IMG/VR virus record: IMGVR_UViG_3300028888_000047
Coordinates: 1 to 64,000 of that record
Reading direction: 5' to 3' (one strand)
Source: a virus
Taxonomy: Duplodnaviria > Caudoviricetes
DNA length: 64,000 bases
Part shown: piece after piece, positions 48,511 to 58,864 of the stretch
How positions within the stretch are numbered: the first letter of the stretch is position 1
Layout: the number at the start of each line of letters is the position of its first letter
Position numbers and translations under genes: made by a program
Notes under the pieces: model-generated
What the model saw: only the letters and a program-made list of their open reading frames with translations
What the model was told of the DNA's origin: nothing
Database searches by the model: none

Positions 48511-48864
48511 TTACCAACAAATGCTTTCTTGATATGGATGAGGCATTAATATTGAGTTGTCAAATTCAAATCTATAATATCCCCCACAAGCACATCTGCT
48601 CATTTGTTCTTTTTTATAGTCTATGGCATATATAATCATCCCGTAAATGGGTATATTATTTTCATCAACATATAGACGTATTTTATCAGGCCTTAATGTA
48701 TTTCTGTCATAAAACTCGTCAAAATTATCTTTATGAGAGGTTTCTGCTTCTTGTAGAATCATTTTTATGTCACGTTTAATTGCATAGTGACAATCATAAT
48801 GTTTGCCAAAGTGTTCAAATTCATTATCTTTTATTGGATATTCTTTTTTCTTAATTGTTGCCAT
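48511..48864 (-). CDS. Hypothetical protein (MATI start)
   Basis: 117-aa ORF. Confidence 0.65.
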   Translation of the reverse strand: MATIKKKEYPIKDNEFEHFGKHYDCHYAIKRDIKMILQEAETSHKDNFDEFYDRNTLRPDKIRLYVDENNIPIYGMIIYAIDYKKEQMSRCACGGYYRFEFDNSILMPHPYQESICW

Positions 48865-48999
48865 AGTTACTCATTTTAATTACAGGTTCAATATCATACT
48901 TGTTGCTTACTAACATTTCAGCACTATATTCCAAACGTCTACATTGCATTTTAAAGAACTCTATTTTTTCTTCTTTTGTTAAATTAGTTGTTGCCATAG

Positions 49000-49287
49000 T
49001 TATTTCTCCTTTAATTTATCAATTAACGCATCAGCCTGCTCAACAGCTAACTCAGCAATAGTCTCCTTGTAATTGTCAGTAGAGCCAATAGAGTTCATTA
49101 TCCCTTGCATAGCTGCTATGGCTGCTTGTGTTCTATAATATGTCCAATCAGGAACATCAAGTTCTTCCTTTATCATTCGGCAATAAGACTTAATAGTTCC
49201 AATAATATGAGCCACATTACCACTTGTTGCCCTGTCACAAAGTCTTTCAATACCTTCTATATCAAGTTCTATTTGCAATCTATTCAT
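49000..49287 (-). CDS. Hypothetical protein with AAMQG...AV..ADALI motif
   Basis: Common phage small-protein motif. Confidence 0.7.
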   Translation of the reverse strand: MNRLQIELDIEGIERLCDRATSGNVAHIIGTIKSYCRMIKEELDVPDWTYYRTQAAIAAMQGIMNSIGSTDNYKETIAELAVEQADALIDKLKEK

Positions 49288-49293
49288 ACTTAT

Positions 49294-49647
49294 TTAAATT
49301 ATATGTTCAAGACAATACTTTATTGCTGCTTCACATGCTTCTTCATGTTTTCTACATGGTATAGCATCATGTGAAATAGTATCGCTTTCTATTCTTGGTA
49401 AATATTCTTTATGAGAACGAAGTGGAATAATAGATATATCAATATTATGTACTTTCCTTAACCACTTCATTGCCATTTGGAGTGTAATACGTGGAGCAAT
49501 ATTAATATCTTGAGTCCTGTCTTTAAAATATATAACTACGCCACCAAGAGTATAATATGACTCATATTCTGCATTAAAATCAAATCCTTTTTTAATTAAT
49601 AGTTTTGCTGTTTCAAATGAAACATAATCTTCAGTAATTGTTGTCAT
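49294..49647 (-). CDS. Paralogue family C (ITEDYVSFE.AKLL..KGF...T.QMAMKWLR)
   Basis: Motifs shared by four copies. Confidence 0.8.
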   Translation of the reverse strand: MTTITEDYVSFETAKLLIKKGFDFNAEYESYYTLGGVVIYFKDRTQDINIAPRITLQMAMKWLRKVHNIDISIIPLRSHKEYLPRIESDTISHDAIPCRKHEEACEAAIKYCLEHII

Positions 49648-49792
49648 GAAATAGTTTTTTAAAATACAAAGCAAAGATAGTAAATTTACTCCAACCCGCC
49701 AAATTATTTTGGTTAAAAAATGTTAAAAGGTGGAAGATTATATCCCCCACACAATATTTAATAACTTTAAGCCATATGCATACAATAGTCAC

Positions 49793-50155
49793 TCAAATTA
49801 AATTTTCCAAACAATATTTAATTGCTGCTTCTGCTGCTTCTTCGTAACCAAGATATAATTTGTCATCTATATAGCAATGTTTGGCATTTTCAGGAGTAAC
49901 AACAAAAACTTGATATTCAAATCGTTTCTGATTCCATATTGGTACAATATCAATATTTATATTATGCACTTCTCTCAACCACTTCATTGCCATTTGAAGT
50001 GTTGGTGCAGAACATTCATAAGGGTCTAAATTGTCACTCCACTTAAATACTCCTTTTGAGTTATAAGAGTGTTGGCATTTATATTGTTCAAACCCTTTTT
50101 CTTTTAACAGCTTTGCTATTTCAAAAGAGACATAATCTTCAGTAATTGTTGCCAT
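49793..50155 (-). CDS. Paralogue family C
   Basis: Same motifs. Confidence 0.8.
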   Translation of the reverse strand: MATITEDYVSFEIAKLLKEKGFEQYKCQHSYNSKGVFKWSDNLDPYECSAPTLQMAMKWLREVHNINIDIVPIWNQKRFEYQVFVVTPENAKHCYIDDKLYLGYEEAAEAAIKYCLENLI

Positions 50156-50162
50156 AGTTATT

Positions 50163-50567
50163 TCAAATTAAATTCTCTAAACAATACTTTATTGCATCAT
50201 CTAATGCAATTTCAGGGGATTCATATAAATTTCCCGAATCAAATAGCACTTTAAGTTTCATCAAAATAGTATATTTCCACAAGCATCCACCTTCACCATC
50301 GTCATCAGTTACTAACGGTAATGAAACAATACATAAGTTATGTTTTTTTCTTAACCACTTCATTGCCATTTGATGAGTTGGCATAGTATAATAAAATTCT
50401 TTAAGTTTAGGGTCATCTGAACTATATGTTAAATGCTTTTCTTTCAGTTCTTTAATATAGGCATCTGCTGCATTTTTATCATATGTAGTAATGATGCTAT
50501 GTCCTTTAAACCCCTTCTCTTTCAATAGTTTTGCTGTTTCAAAAGAAACGTAATCTTCTGTAATCAT
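50163..50567 (-). CDS. Paralogue family C
   Basis: Same motifs. Confidence 0.8.
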   Translation of the reverse strand: MITEDYVSFETAKLLKEKGFKGHSIITTYDKNAADAYIKELKEKHLTYSSDDPKLKEFYYTMPTHQMAMKWLRKKHNLCIVSLPLVTDDDGEGGCLWKYTILMKLKVLFDSGNLYESPEIALDDAIKYCLENLI

Positions 50568-50729
50568 ATTCTAATCTATTTCTATTTATAAGTTTCCAGT
50601 GTATCTTGCAAAATCTTCACATATATCACAATAGCCTATGTAAGTATAGTTACCACATTTTCTTTTGTCATTTTTATAATACCAATATGATGGAATTTCC
50701 TTTCCACACTTAATACATTTCATAAATTT

Positions 50730-51194
50730 CTATTTTGTTATATTATACATTCCTTCAGGTGCTTCTAATGCAAGGCCTTTCTCAATCAAGCCACGGTAAT
50801 CAAAATGATGAGCATTAAGCCAATCAATAGAAAAAGCAGAGTCCGATGCATCTGGAATATCCATTTCATCAGATATTTTTTTCTTAAAAATATCAAGCGT
50901 CAGTTTTGCAGAACCTGAAGCCCATTCGTTTCTCTCTTCCTCAGTCATAGAAGACATTGGACGGAGATATGGTTTTACATGTTCAACAGGGAAAACCCCA
51001 AAATCATATCCAATTGCATTATGAAAAGTACAACTTCCTTTTTTGGGGTCAATTGTTTCCAATATATCATCCGTATATTTATCCTTTTCGTTAAGTGCTG
51101 GAGATTTAGGGCCATACCATACATTACATTTAACATTATAAGGCGACCTTGCACAAAGGTCTCTCAACAGTAGTTTTTTATCTTCTTGTTTCAT
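50730..51194 (-). CDS. Paralogue family A
   Basis: Same motifs. Confidence 0.8.
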   Translation of the reverse strand: MKQEDKKLLLRDLCARSPYNVKCNVWYGPKSPALNEKDKYTDDILETIDPKKGSCTFHNAIGYDFGVFPVEHVKPYLRPMSSMTEEERNEWASGSAKLTLDIFKKKISDEMDIPDASDSAFSIDWLNAHHFDYRGLIEKGLALEAPEGMYNITK

Positions 51195-51195
51195 A

Positions 51196-51561
51196 TTACA
51201 ATTCTGTTACTTTCAGTATTAAGTCAAAAATTTTCCTTCTTTTTTTATTGAGGATTTCCATTGCTTTTTGTTTTGCGTCTTCTTTATTGATATACAGGTA
51301 GTCTGTGACCATTTTTTGGCTTCCATAGAATCCTGTATATACTATTCTTTCTAATACAGTTGTATCTGTATTTTTTTCAATTCTGAATTCTTTTCCACCT
51401 GCGCAATAAATTATCACATCATCATTGGTAAACTGTATGATATGTGATTTTGTTATTACAGTTATTTTTCCCGTATTTTTTGTCACCATATACAGTGGTA
51501 CATTTATATCCTTATATGGTGCTTTTTTAGCATCATCGATTAAGTTTTTAAATGTATTCAT
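51196..51561 (-). CDS. Hypothetical protein, paralogue of 44285..44683
   Basis: INVPLYMV.K..G. Confidence 0.7.
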   Translation of the reverse strand: MNTFKNLIDDAKKAPYKDINVPLYMVTKNTGKITVITKSHIIQFTNDDVIIYCAGGKEFRIEKNTDTTVLERIVYTGFYGSQKMVTDYLYINKEDAKQKAMEILNKKRRKIFDLILKVTEL

Positions 51562-51563
51562 AC

Positions 51564-51935
51564 TTATTTAATTATATGTTCCAAACAATATATAATAGCT
51601 ACTTCACAAGCATCTTCAAATTTTCTATATGATATACAATCATGTGAAATAGTATCGCTTTCTATTCTTGGTAAATATTCTTTATGAGAACGAAGTGGAA
51701 TAATAGATATATCAATATTATGTACTTTCCTTAACCACTTCATTGCCATTTGAAGAGTTGGAGCAGAATAGCATCGTCTTTGTCTAAAGCATTTATAATT
51801 ATTCCAATCAATTTCACAAATATCACAAAACCCAAATCCACCTTGGCCATCATAGTGACTTCTTGTTGGAACATGAAACTTCTTGCTTTTCAACAGTTTC
51901 GCCACCTCAAATGAAACATAATCTTCTGTAATCAT
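51564..51935 (-). CDS. Paralogue family C
   Basis: Same motifs. Confidence 0.8.
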   Translation of the reverse strand: MITEDYVSFEVAKLLKSKKFHVPTRSHYDGQGGFGFCDICEIDWNNYKCFRQRRCYSAPTLQMAMKWLRKVHNIDISIIPLRSHKEYLPRIESDTISHDCISYRKFEDACEVAIIYCLEHIIK

Positions 51936-52097
51936 ACTAATTTATTAAATTAATGTTATATAATTTATAAACTTCTTGTATCTCAGAATATTTAACTTGA
52001 TGATTTAATCGTTTAACAACATCATCAATCTCTGGATTTACTATATATTTTTTACAATAAATTATTGCAGTATAGATTCTATCTCTTCGTTCTTTTG

Positions 52098-52574
52098 TTA
52101 GCATAATTTATTTTTATACATTCCTTCAGGTGCTTCTAACGCAAGACCTTTTTCAATCAAGCCACGATAGTCAAAATGATGAGAATTGAGCCAATGAATA
52201 AATTCAAGAATTAAATCCATATTAACCTCTCTTATTTCTCTATATGTGGTAAGAGGTTCATAATTTCCGTCTCTATCATACGTTCCACCAGTTTCAAATA
52301 TATGAACATTATCTAAAACACCATCACTATAAGAGAAATGAAATTTAAGTTCCATATGCAGTTTCTCTTCCTCAGTCATACTTGACATTGGTCGAAGATA
52401 GGGTTTACAATCTGTCCACCAACCACTGCCAAGTTCAGCTATATATCCAATATTGCCATAGCCTAATTCAACACGGCCCTCCTTATTTTCTCGATTCTTA
52501 TATGCTACTATTACTCCATATGGCAACCTTGCACTGAGGTCTTTTAACAATAGTTCTTTATCTTCTTGTGTCAT
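52098..52574 (-). CDS. Paralogue family A
   Basis: Same motifs. Confidence 0.8.
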   Translation of the reverse strand: MTQEDKELLLKDLSARLPYGVIVAYKNRENKEGRVELGYGNIGYIAELGSGWWTDCKPYLRPMSSMTEEEKLHMELKFHFSYSDGVLDNVHIFETGGTYDRDGNYEPLTTYREIREVNMDLILEFIHWLNSHHFDYRGLIEKGLALEAPEGMYKNKLC

Positions 52575-52766
52575 AACTTTACTATTACCTAAGTTGATAC
52601 CACTTTACTAAGAAAATCACGAAAGCAACAAGTTCTAAGGCTGTTGCAGTAAGCCACATATACGTCATACTCTTACAAATTAAAAATGTCTTTATACATA
52701 CTTTTGATACTCCCCATATCTTGCTAGTACTGGCGTGAATGATTTCATTTTTTAGAAATCATATTT

Positions 52767-53108
52767 CTATACTATTGGTGTGTTATTGTGCTTTTTATGT
52801 ATGTAGAAGTATCTATGTGCAGTAAAGAATGGTATAACTTCTCCGTCTGGCGCGACATAGTTATCATCTATGATGCTATCAATTCTGAAAATTGTTTTTC
52901 CGTCTGAGATAATATCACCTACTTCAAACACATTTTGTTTTTGCTGATATTTGTTACCTTTTTCTTTCACGAATCGTTTTAGTGCATCTTCATAGATTTT
53001 TTGCTGTCCTTCAATTGTATTGAGTGAACTTATTCTATAATAATTCATTGCGTCTTTGATGCATCTATGTATGAGCATCATATCTTCCCATTTCAAATCT
53101 TCAATCAT
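52767..53108 (-). CDS. Hypothetical protein with FEVGD domain
   Basis: Operonic ORF. Confidence 0.65.
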   Translation of the reverse strand: MIEDLKWEDMMLIHRCIKDAMNYYRISSLNTIEGQQKIYEDALKRFVKEKGNKYQQKQNVFEVGDIISDGKTIFRIDSIIDDNYVAPDGEVIPFFTAHRYFYIHKKHNNTPIV

Positions 53109-53120
53109 ACGGGTTTATTT

Positions 53121-53459
53121 TTATGCTTTTTCTATTGGAAATCCATTGCTATCTTTTTCTATTCTTGCTGTATATATTTTCGATATAGTGTTAATCATTT
53201 TTCGAACTACCTTAATATCATCAGCAGTTTTCAGCATATCTAGAAACGCAAGCATTGTTTCAATCATGTCGCCGCGACCATATCTTTTGCCAATGTCAAA
53301 TGATTCTGTCTGGCCCCAAGTAAAACAATTTCTTCCGAAGCTTTCGAATGCTTGCGGTATATTATCTTTCGTGAATTCATACGTTTCAGATATGCATCTA
53401 TATGAATCTGTTTCTAATATCCCGGAGTTATTCCAAAAATCTTTAAAATCTTTAAACAT
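53121..53459 (-). CDS. Hypothetical protein
   Basis: Operonic ORF. Confidence 0.65.
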   Translation of the reverse strand: MFKDFKDFWNNSGILETDSYRCISETYEFTKDNIPQAFESFGRNCFTWGQTESFDIGKRYGRGDMIETMLAFLDMLKTADDIKVVRKMINTISKIYTARIEKDSNGFPIEKA

Positions 53460-53467
53460 AATCTCAG

Positions 53468-53656
53468 TTATAATTTTTTATTTTTCCATATTTCTCTATA
53501 TTTCTCAATGCGGTCATCCATTGATAATGTATTGCTTTTTATTTCAATCCATTCATCACGTGTGATTCTATATTTGATTATTTCATATACCTCTTTTTCA
53601 GGTATATTATCAGTAATATCTTTGAATATTTTTGGTATTCCACTTAATTTTTCCAT
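53468..53656 (-). CDS. Hypothetical protein
   Basis: Operonic ORF. Confidence 0.6.
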   Translation of the reverse strand: MEKLSGIPKIFKDITDNIPEKEVYEIIKYRITRDEWIEIKSNTLSMDDRIEKYREIWKNKKL

Positions 53657-53659
53657 TTT

Positions 53660-54406
53660 TTAAATTACCGTATTAAATGATGAACCTTTAAATGGTGTTA
53701 TAATTGTTTTCCCATCTTTTTTCTCCATTATATCATGCGTATTCCCAAAGAATATTTTTTCGCAGATGAATCCTTCTTTATATCCGGTAGTTGGAAATTT
53801 GAAGTTTTTATCTGTTAACATTTCAAGTGGTGTTTTATATTTGAAGTCTATAACACGTCTTTCTTGAATCCAATAATCTGATTGGGGTCTTTTTCCAAGT
53901 TCAATTATTTCAACGTGTTTATAGCACTGCCATTTATATTGTGTGCGTCCATTGATGAATGATTTATATCCATGTTTTAATTCATTAAATACATCTTCTA
54001 TATTTACTTCTTGTTCATTATTTGTATAATGTATAATTGGTGTTCCTCCAAAGCAGAATCCAAGTCTTGCTCTTATTTCTGCCACAGTAAATGATGTATC
54101 AATTCTTGAAGTAATTTCATCTGCTAGCTCTTCGTTTGATGAATGTTCAAGTCTTCTCTCATACATCATTCTATAGTCCTCATGTGATGGAATATAGAAT
54201 GTGAATGTTCCTTCTTCAACTATTTCTGGCTTAAGGAACTTAAACAGGTTTGTTTTATATTCCATTGCGTCATTAAGTTCCAGTTTTATAGCTCTATCCT
54301 CATGTATTGTTGTTTCTATGTCATCCACTTCACCTCTTTCATTTTTTGTGAATGCTTTGAGGTATCTATGGCTATAGCCGAATCTTATAAGATATTTTTT
54401 ATCCAT
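53660..54406 (-). CDS. Hypothetical protein
   Basis: 248-aa ORF. Confidence 0.75.
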   Translation of the reverse strand: MDKKYLIRFGYSHRYLKAFTKNERGEVDDIETTIHEDRAIKLELNDAMEYKTNLFKFLKPEIVEEGTFTFYIPSHEDYRMMYERRLEHSSNEELADEITSRIDTSFTVAEIRARLGFCFGGTPIIHYTNNEQEVNIEDVFNELKHGYKSFINGRTQYKWQCYKHVEIIELGKRPQSDYWIQERRVIDFKYKTPLEMLTDKNFKFPTTGYKEGFICEKIFFGNTHDIMEKKDGKTIITPFKGSSFNTVI

Positions 54407-54522
54407 ATTTACGTTATATTTGTGTTTTATTATTTACTGACATACCAAGTTCAAATAAATGCTTGGCAATATTCACAAATTGCTCAATACTAATATTTGC
54501 AAATTCACAGCCAATTCCTTCA

Positions 54523-54735
54523 TCAACGGGGGGTACAATCTTTCCATTGAGAGTCTATTTCTTTCTCCAAATCCACCTCTTTCACTTCAAGGGTGTCAAG
54601 TTTACTTTTCAGCGCATATAAAGCACAGTTATTACCGTCACGATAAGCACAATCATACTCTTCGTGATACTTGCCTTTATCTATAAGTTTCTCTATCTCC
54701 GCTACTAAAGCAGATTTTAAAATGTACTGTGCCAT
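54523..54735 (-). CDS. Paralogue family D (QYI.KS.LVA.IEK...EVKEVDL), possibly frameshift-truncated
   Basis: Shared with 55002..55307. Confidence 0.6.
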   Translation of the reverse strand: MAQYILKSALVAEIEKLIDKGKYHEEYDCAYRDGNNCALYALKSKLDTLEVKEVDLEKEIDSQWKDCTPR

Positions 54736-55001
54736 TATTATTTACCTTTCACTTTGTATTTTGTTTTACCTTTCAAATAGCGATAATCTCTATAGTCTCC
54801 TTTTATAAGCCTATGTTCAAATAGTGCGCGTATATAATCTATCGTTGCCATAACTTATTTACATCTTTTATGCTTACTCTTTTGAAGTTTCTCGTTCTTT
54901 CCAAACAAATCTCCAAAACCACTTACAATTTTGTTATCAACATCAAATTGTTTATCTTTTCTTATTCTTTCTTGTGTTTTATGGTGAATATTTTTCATAT
55001 C

Positions 55002-55307
55002 TTACTCTCCTTTCTGTGCTTTTAGTCCAAGTTCAAAGAAATGTGTTGCTATGTTGTATAGAGTTCCCCAGCCAAAATCTCCATCGGGCTTATAAATTTT
55101 AACGACTCTATCAAGCTCATCCTTAATGTAATCCAAGTCCACCTCTTTCACTTCAATGGTGTCGATTATATCTTTAGCCATTTGAAGCCCATAAACCCTA
55201 TTCTTTTCATCTAAAGGAATTCCAACATATTCTCTACCTGCGTAGATACGTTTAATTTCTTTTTCTATCTTCGCTACTAAAGAGGATTTTGGTATATACT
55301 GTTCCAT
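55002..55307 (-). CDS. Paralogue family D
   Basis: Same motifs. Confidence 0.7.
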   Translation of the reverse strand: MEQYIPKSSLVAKIEKEIKRIYAGREYVGIPLDEKNRVYGLQMAKDIIDTIEVKEVDLDYIKDELDRVVKIYKPDGDFGWGTLYNIATHFFELGLKAQKGE

Positions 55308-55310
55308 AGT

Positions 55311-55523
55311 TTAATATCCAAAATAAAAATCATCGTTCAATTGAATTTTCTCATTACATTCTGGGCAGTCTATATATTCATGGTGGATAAGGCATTCATC
55401 TTCATCTTTATAAACATCCTCTTTCCCAAAATTTAACACAGTGCCGCAGCAAGGGCATTTCACTGTATAGTTGACATAATCCTTAATGTCTCCACTATGC
55501 CTTTTTGATAATTTATTAATCAT
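55311..55523 (-). CDS. Zinc-ribbon small protein
   Basis: CPCC and CPEC. Confidence 0.7.
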   Translation of the reverse strand: MINKLSKRHSGDIKDYVNYTVKCPCCGTVLNFGKEDVYKDEDECLIHHEYIDCPECNEKIQLNDDFYFGY

Positions 55524-55527
55524 ACCA

Positions 55528-55776
55528 TTACTCTCCTTTCATATATTTTTTAAATGTATCAATGAATCTTTCTTGTAATGATAAATGTTCTATACCGCCT
55601 TTATGTGTTACATCTATGTAGTCAGTAACATTTAAAGAAATGAACCCACAAGCCTTCTTAATAAAGTCATCAGTACGAGCGTACTCAATTTCTTCATCAG
55701 AGTCTTTACGTGCATAGGTTTTCAATGAATCATCAATCGGTAAATAAATTTTCTCTGGTGCTTCTTTTGCTTTCAT
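55528..55776 (-). CDS. Hypothetical protein (APEKIY...IEY.RTD.FI.KAC)
   Basis: Operonic ORF. Confidence 0.7.
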   Translation of the reverse strand: MKAKEAPEKIYLPIDDSLKTYARKDSDEEIEYARTDDFIKKACGFISLNVTDYIDVTHKGGIEHLSLQERFIDTFKKYMKGE

Positions 55777-55779
55777 AAC

Positions 55780-57081
55780 TTATTCATCCCTTAGTTTCAT
55801 TAAATCATCCAGAAGTTCTTGTAGTTTGGACGCAGGATAGCCCAATGAATTATAATGTTTAATCGCATCAGAAAGGCATTCTAATTGTATATCACTCGGC
55901 TTCCATTGTGACTGAGGTCTGAGTGATTTGAGCTTATTATAAAGCCAATTTCTTGCTTTATTTAAATCTTCTTGACCATTTGTATTGTTTCTTTCTTCAC
56001 GAAGTCTGTAATAACATTCAAGAGCCGCACAAATATATGAAGCATTTCTTTCATCCTCATCACTCCACTCTTGCTGTGGAAGTACTCTGTCTTTTAGGGA
56101 TTTGAGCCAATTTATTTTATCATTTCCTATACCCTCAGCCACATTACCATGTAGTACCTCCATCCAAACATCATTAATTATACTTTTTGTAAATATTTCA
56201 TCCTCTTCACTCCAAGCAGCAGTCTTCTGCTCAAACATTCTACGAAAACTGTTATCTTGAAGATTCTTTTTTATTTGTCTTTTATCTACAATCTCCTTTA
56301 ACTTTTTCTTTTCAAAGTCAAAGGTATATCCTGCATCAGACATTGCTTTCATCAGAGCATCATACTGTTCTTTTGTAGCTGGTTTACAGTTTGTTGCACT
56401 ACCAATGAAATGATGTTTACCTTCTCTGAAACCGTCTTCTGAATCATATGCAAAATAGCATTCTACATTACCTCTTTCATCTATATTTTTGAATATAAAA
56501 GTTTCATGACTTGCTGTAGATGAAGTAAAAAGCACATCACCATCCTTTGCATCTTGGATGGTCCAAAGATGATAAAAATGTTCAACCTCACGGAAAGAAA
56601 ATGCCATATCATTCCCATAAATAGAAATTACATCATATTTCTCATTAGATATACCAGTTATTAAGAACGGAGTTTTAACGTTATTATCTATAATCCAATC
56701 ACCAACCTTAAACTTTGGTTCAATCTTATCGGTGGGCTTCTGCTTAAATATCTCAAACTTATCTTGATTACAGACAAGGATTGTATTCTCACCATCCCAA
56801 TAGCAGTCATCCTCAATCATGTCGATATGGAATGGCTCTTTTTCAATGTAAGTTCCATCCTTTGCTATTATTGTATCACCAATTCTGAATATCGGTGTAA
56901 GCTTCTGCTCACCTTGCTTTTCAAGCCAAGTTATCCAACTTGCTCTTTCTTCATCATCATCGTGAACATCATAAAGATAATTAAGTAGTTCTATCCTTAT
57001 CCTCTCATCCTCGCTCTCTTTGAGTTCGGGGAAGATTTCATCAGCAACATTAGAACCAAATCTAATTGATAATTCTTTCAT
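55780..57081 (-). CDS. Multi-repeat hypothetical protein (F.VGD and WS.EDE modules)
   Basis: 433 aa with internal repeated modules. Confidence 0.8.
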   Translation of the reverse strand: MKELSIRFGSNVADEIFPELKESEDERIRIELLNYLYDVHDDDEERASWITWLEKQGEQKLTPIFRIGDTIIAKDGTYIEKEPFHIDMIEDDCYWDGENTILVCNQDKFEIFKQKPTDKIEPKFKVGDWIIDNNVKTPFLITGISNEKYDVISIYGNDMAFSFREVEHFYHLWTIQDAKDGDVLFTSSTASHETFIFKNIDERGNVECYFAYDSEDGFREGKHHFIGSATNCKPATKEQYDALMKAMSDAGYTFDFEKKKLKEIVDKRQIKKNLQDNSFRRMFEQKTAAWSEEDEIFTKSIINDVWMEVLHGNVAEGIGNDKINWLKSLKDRVLPQQEWSDEDERNASYICAALECYYRLREERNNTNGQEDLNKARNWLYNKLKSLRPQSQWKPSDIQLECLSDAIKHYNSLGYPASKLQELLDDLMKLRDE

Positions 57082-57305
57082 AGTTTCTCTATTTGTTTAT
57101 TTATATTTTCAAGTCTTTCTTTGGCTATGTTTTTAACTATTTCTTTAAATTTTTCATCTTTAATTTTATGATAAGTAAAATCATGCCAACATGTAGAATA
57201 GTGTACAATAGCAATGTCACCGTCTCCTTTAATAAAATCTTCGTATTCGTCTTTTAATTTAGACAACTTTTCGTATTCCTCAATCTGATTTTTTGTCATA
57301 ATCAC
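57078..57305 (-). CDS. Hypothetical protein
   Basis: Operonic ORF. Confidence 0.65.
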   Translation of the reverse strand: MIMTKNQIEEYEKLSKLKDEYEDFIKGDGDIAIVHYSTCWHDFTYHKIKDEKFKEIVKNIAKERLENINKQIEKL

Positions 57306-57655
57306 AACAAATTTAATTCATTTAAACGTATAATCATTTTCACGCAAGCATCAACAGGATTGTTTGCTGTTACATCAATATAACCAGTATAAATAATAGA
57401 ATTTTCTTCTAAATCTAATAATGGTTTTAAATTATATATCTTAGGTAGAGCTTTAAGCAATGCTGCAAGACTCCAACAAGGCAAATCATTTTCTCGAATT
57501 ACATTTTTTCCTGTGATAAAGGATTTTGCCAAAACGCAATCCCCATAACCGGTTATCATGCCCCCACTATAATATCTATAACACATATCCGCACTTTCAA
57601 GCGGAAGAATCTTACTAAGGACTTTTGACTGTTTTATATCAGTATAACTTTTCAT
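57302..57655 (-). CDS. Paralogue family B
   Basis: Same motifs. Confidence 0.8.
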   Translation of the reverse strand: MKSYTDIKQSKVLSKILPLESADMCYRYYSGGMITGYGDCVLAKSFITGKNVIRENDLPCWSLAALLKALPKIYNLKPLLDLEENSIIYTGYIDVTANNPVDACVKMIIRLNELNLL

Positions 57656-58032
57656 AACAAGTCTTTTTCATGTAACTTAATAATCAAATTGTAGCAGGCA
57701 TCAACAGGGTTATCATAATTATCTGTTGCTTCAATGGGACAATCAAACATATTAACGCTCCATTGCCCCATAAAAGATGATAAATTTGCACTTCCATCAT
57801 CATCAATTTCACTTGCTATTTTTGCTAATATGTTAAGCAATGCTGACAAGCTCCAACAAGGAATTGCGTCAATATGTAACAAATTTTTAGAAATAGACAT
57901 GTCTGCATAATTACCAAAGTCAATTCGATAATTATCGCCAATTCCTTTTTCATAATACATATCCGCACTTTCAATCGGCAGTATTTCTGCCAACTTTTTA
58001 CTTTGTTCTAAGTCTGTATAACTTTTAATCAT
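57652..58032 (-). CDS. Paralogue family B
   Basis: Same motifs. Confidence 0.8.
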   Translation of the reverse strand: MIKSYTDLEQSKKLAEILPIESADMYYEKGIGDNYRIDFGNYADMSISKNLLHIDAIPCWSLSALLNILAKIASEIDDDGSANLSSFMGQWSVNMFDCPIEATDNYDNPVDACYNLIIKLHEKDLL

Positions 58033-58359
58033 ATAACTTAATAGTTATTTGTTTAACACCTAGTTTCATTAAAAACTCCATGTAATTATAGTTAATATAA
58101 ATTGTTGCCATAGTTATATCTCCTTTATTTGTTATGCTCCAAAGATACGAATAAAAAATGACAAAACCAAATATTTTGCGTTAAATAAAGTTAAAGGGTA
58201 GAAGAATTTTCCTCTATCCTTTTATTGTTATTAGTGGTCAATTTGAGAATTGTATGAACTTCTATAGATACCTTGTTCTCGTTCTTTTCTATATTGTTCT
58301 TCTAGCCATTTATCTTGTTCAGACTCATAGGCGTGATTTCCGTATTGGCTTGCCATAGT

Positions 58360-58563
58360 TTATTTTTCTTGTTTTCCAATTTGTTCCAGTTCTTTTGCGC
58401 ATTGTTTCATATCTTTCAATTCTTTTTCTAGATATGTTGCAACGTCATTGCATAAATCAGAGACACGAATACATCCTGTATCAGTGTTTTTGTTTTCATT
58501 TTCTTTTGCGCACTGTCGTAATGCCCCAATAGCTTGAGATAAATTATTCTTTGTAATTTCCAT
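58360..58563 (-). CDS. Hypothetical protein
   Basis: Ends KELEQIGKQEK, shared at DNA level with the start of 44841..45041. Confidence 0.6.
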   Translation of the reverse strand: MEITKNNLSQAIGALRQCAKENENKNTDTGCIRVSDLCNDVATYLEKELKDMKQCAKELEQIGKQEK

Positions 58564-58585
58564 AATTTTTTTATCTTCCTTATTA

Positions 58586-58834
58586 TTAGTTATTTTTTCT
58601 CATTTTGCAGTATTTACAGTTTCCCTTATGTGTAACTCCTACTCCCACTCCTTCAAGGAGAGCGTTTTCGTCTGTTGCCACCACATACTCACAGCTATCA
58701 TATTCTATTGTGCATAGTTGTACGCTACGGTTTGTGGCGTTTTTATGTTCTACAGATGCTTCATCACAGCCAATGAAGCACATTATTGTCATTAAGACAA
58801 CATTACAAATTGAAAACCAAAATAGTTTTTTCAT
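58586..58834 (-). CDS. Putative small lipoprotein
   Basis: Signal peptide with FIGC; YDSCEY...HKGNC.YC motif. Confidence 0.7.
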   Translation of the reverse strand: MKKLFWFSICNVVLMTIMCFIGCDEASVEHKNATNRSVQLCTIEYDSCEYVVATDENALLEGVGVGVTHKGNCKYCKMRKNN

Positions 58835-58864
58835 ATCATCTATATTCTACTTTATTGCTATTGG

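Noticed and set aside
49366-51752. Diversity-generating retroelement TR/VR pair
   Set aside because: The 114-bp copies are identical rather than differing at adenines, both are coding, and no reverse transcriptase is visible
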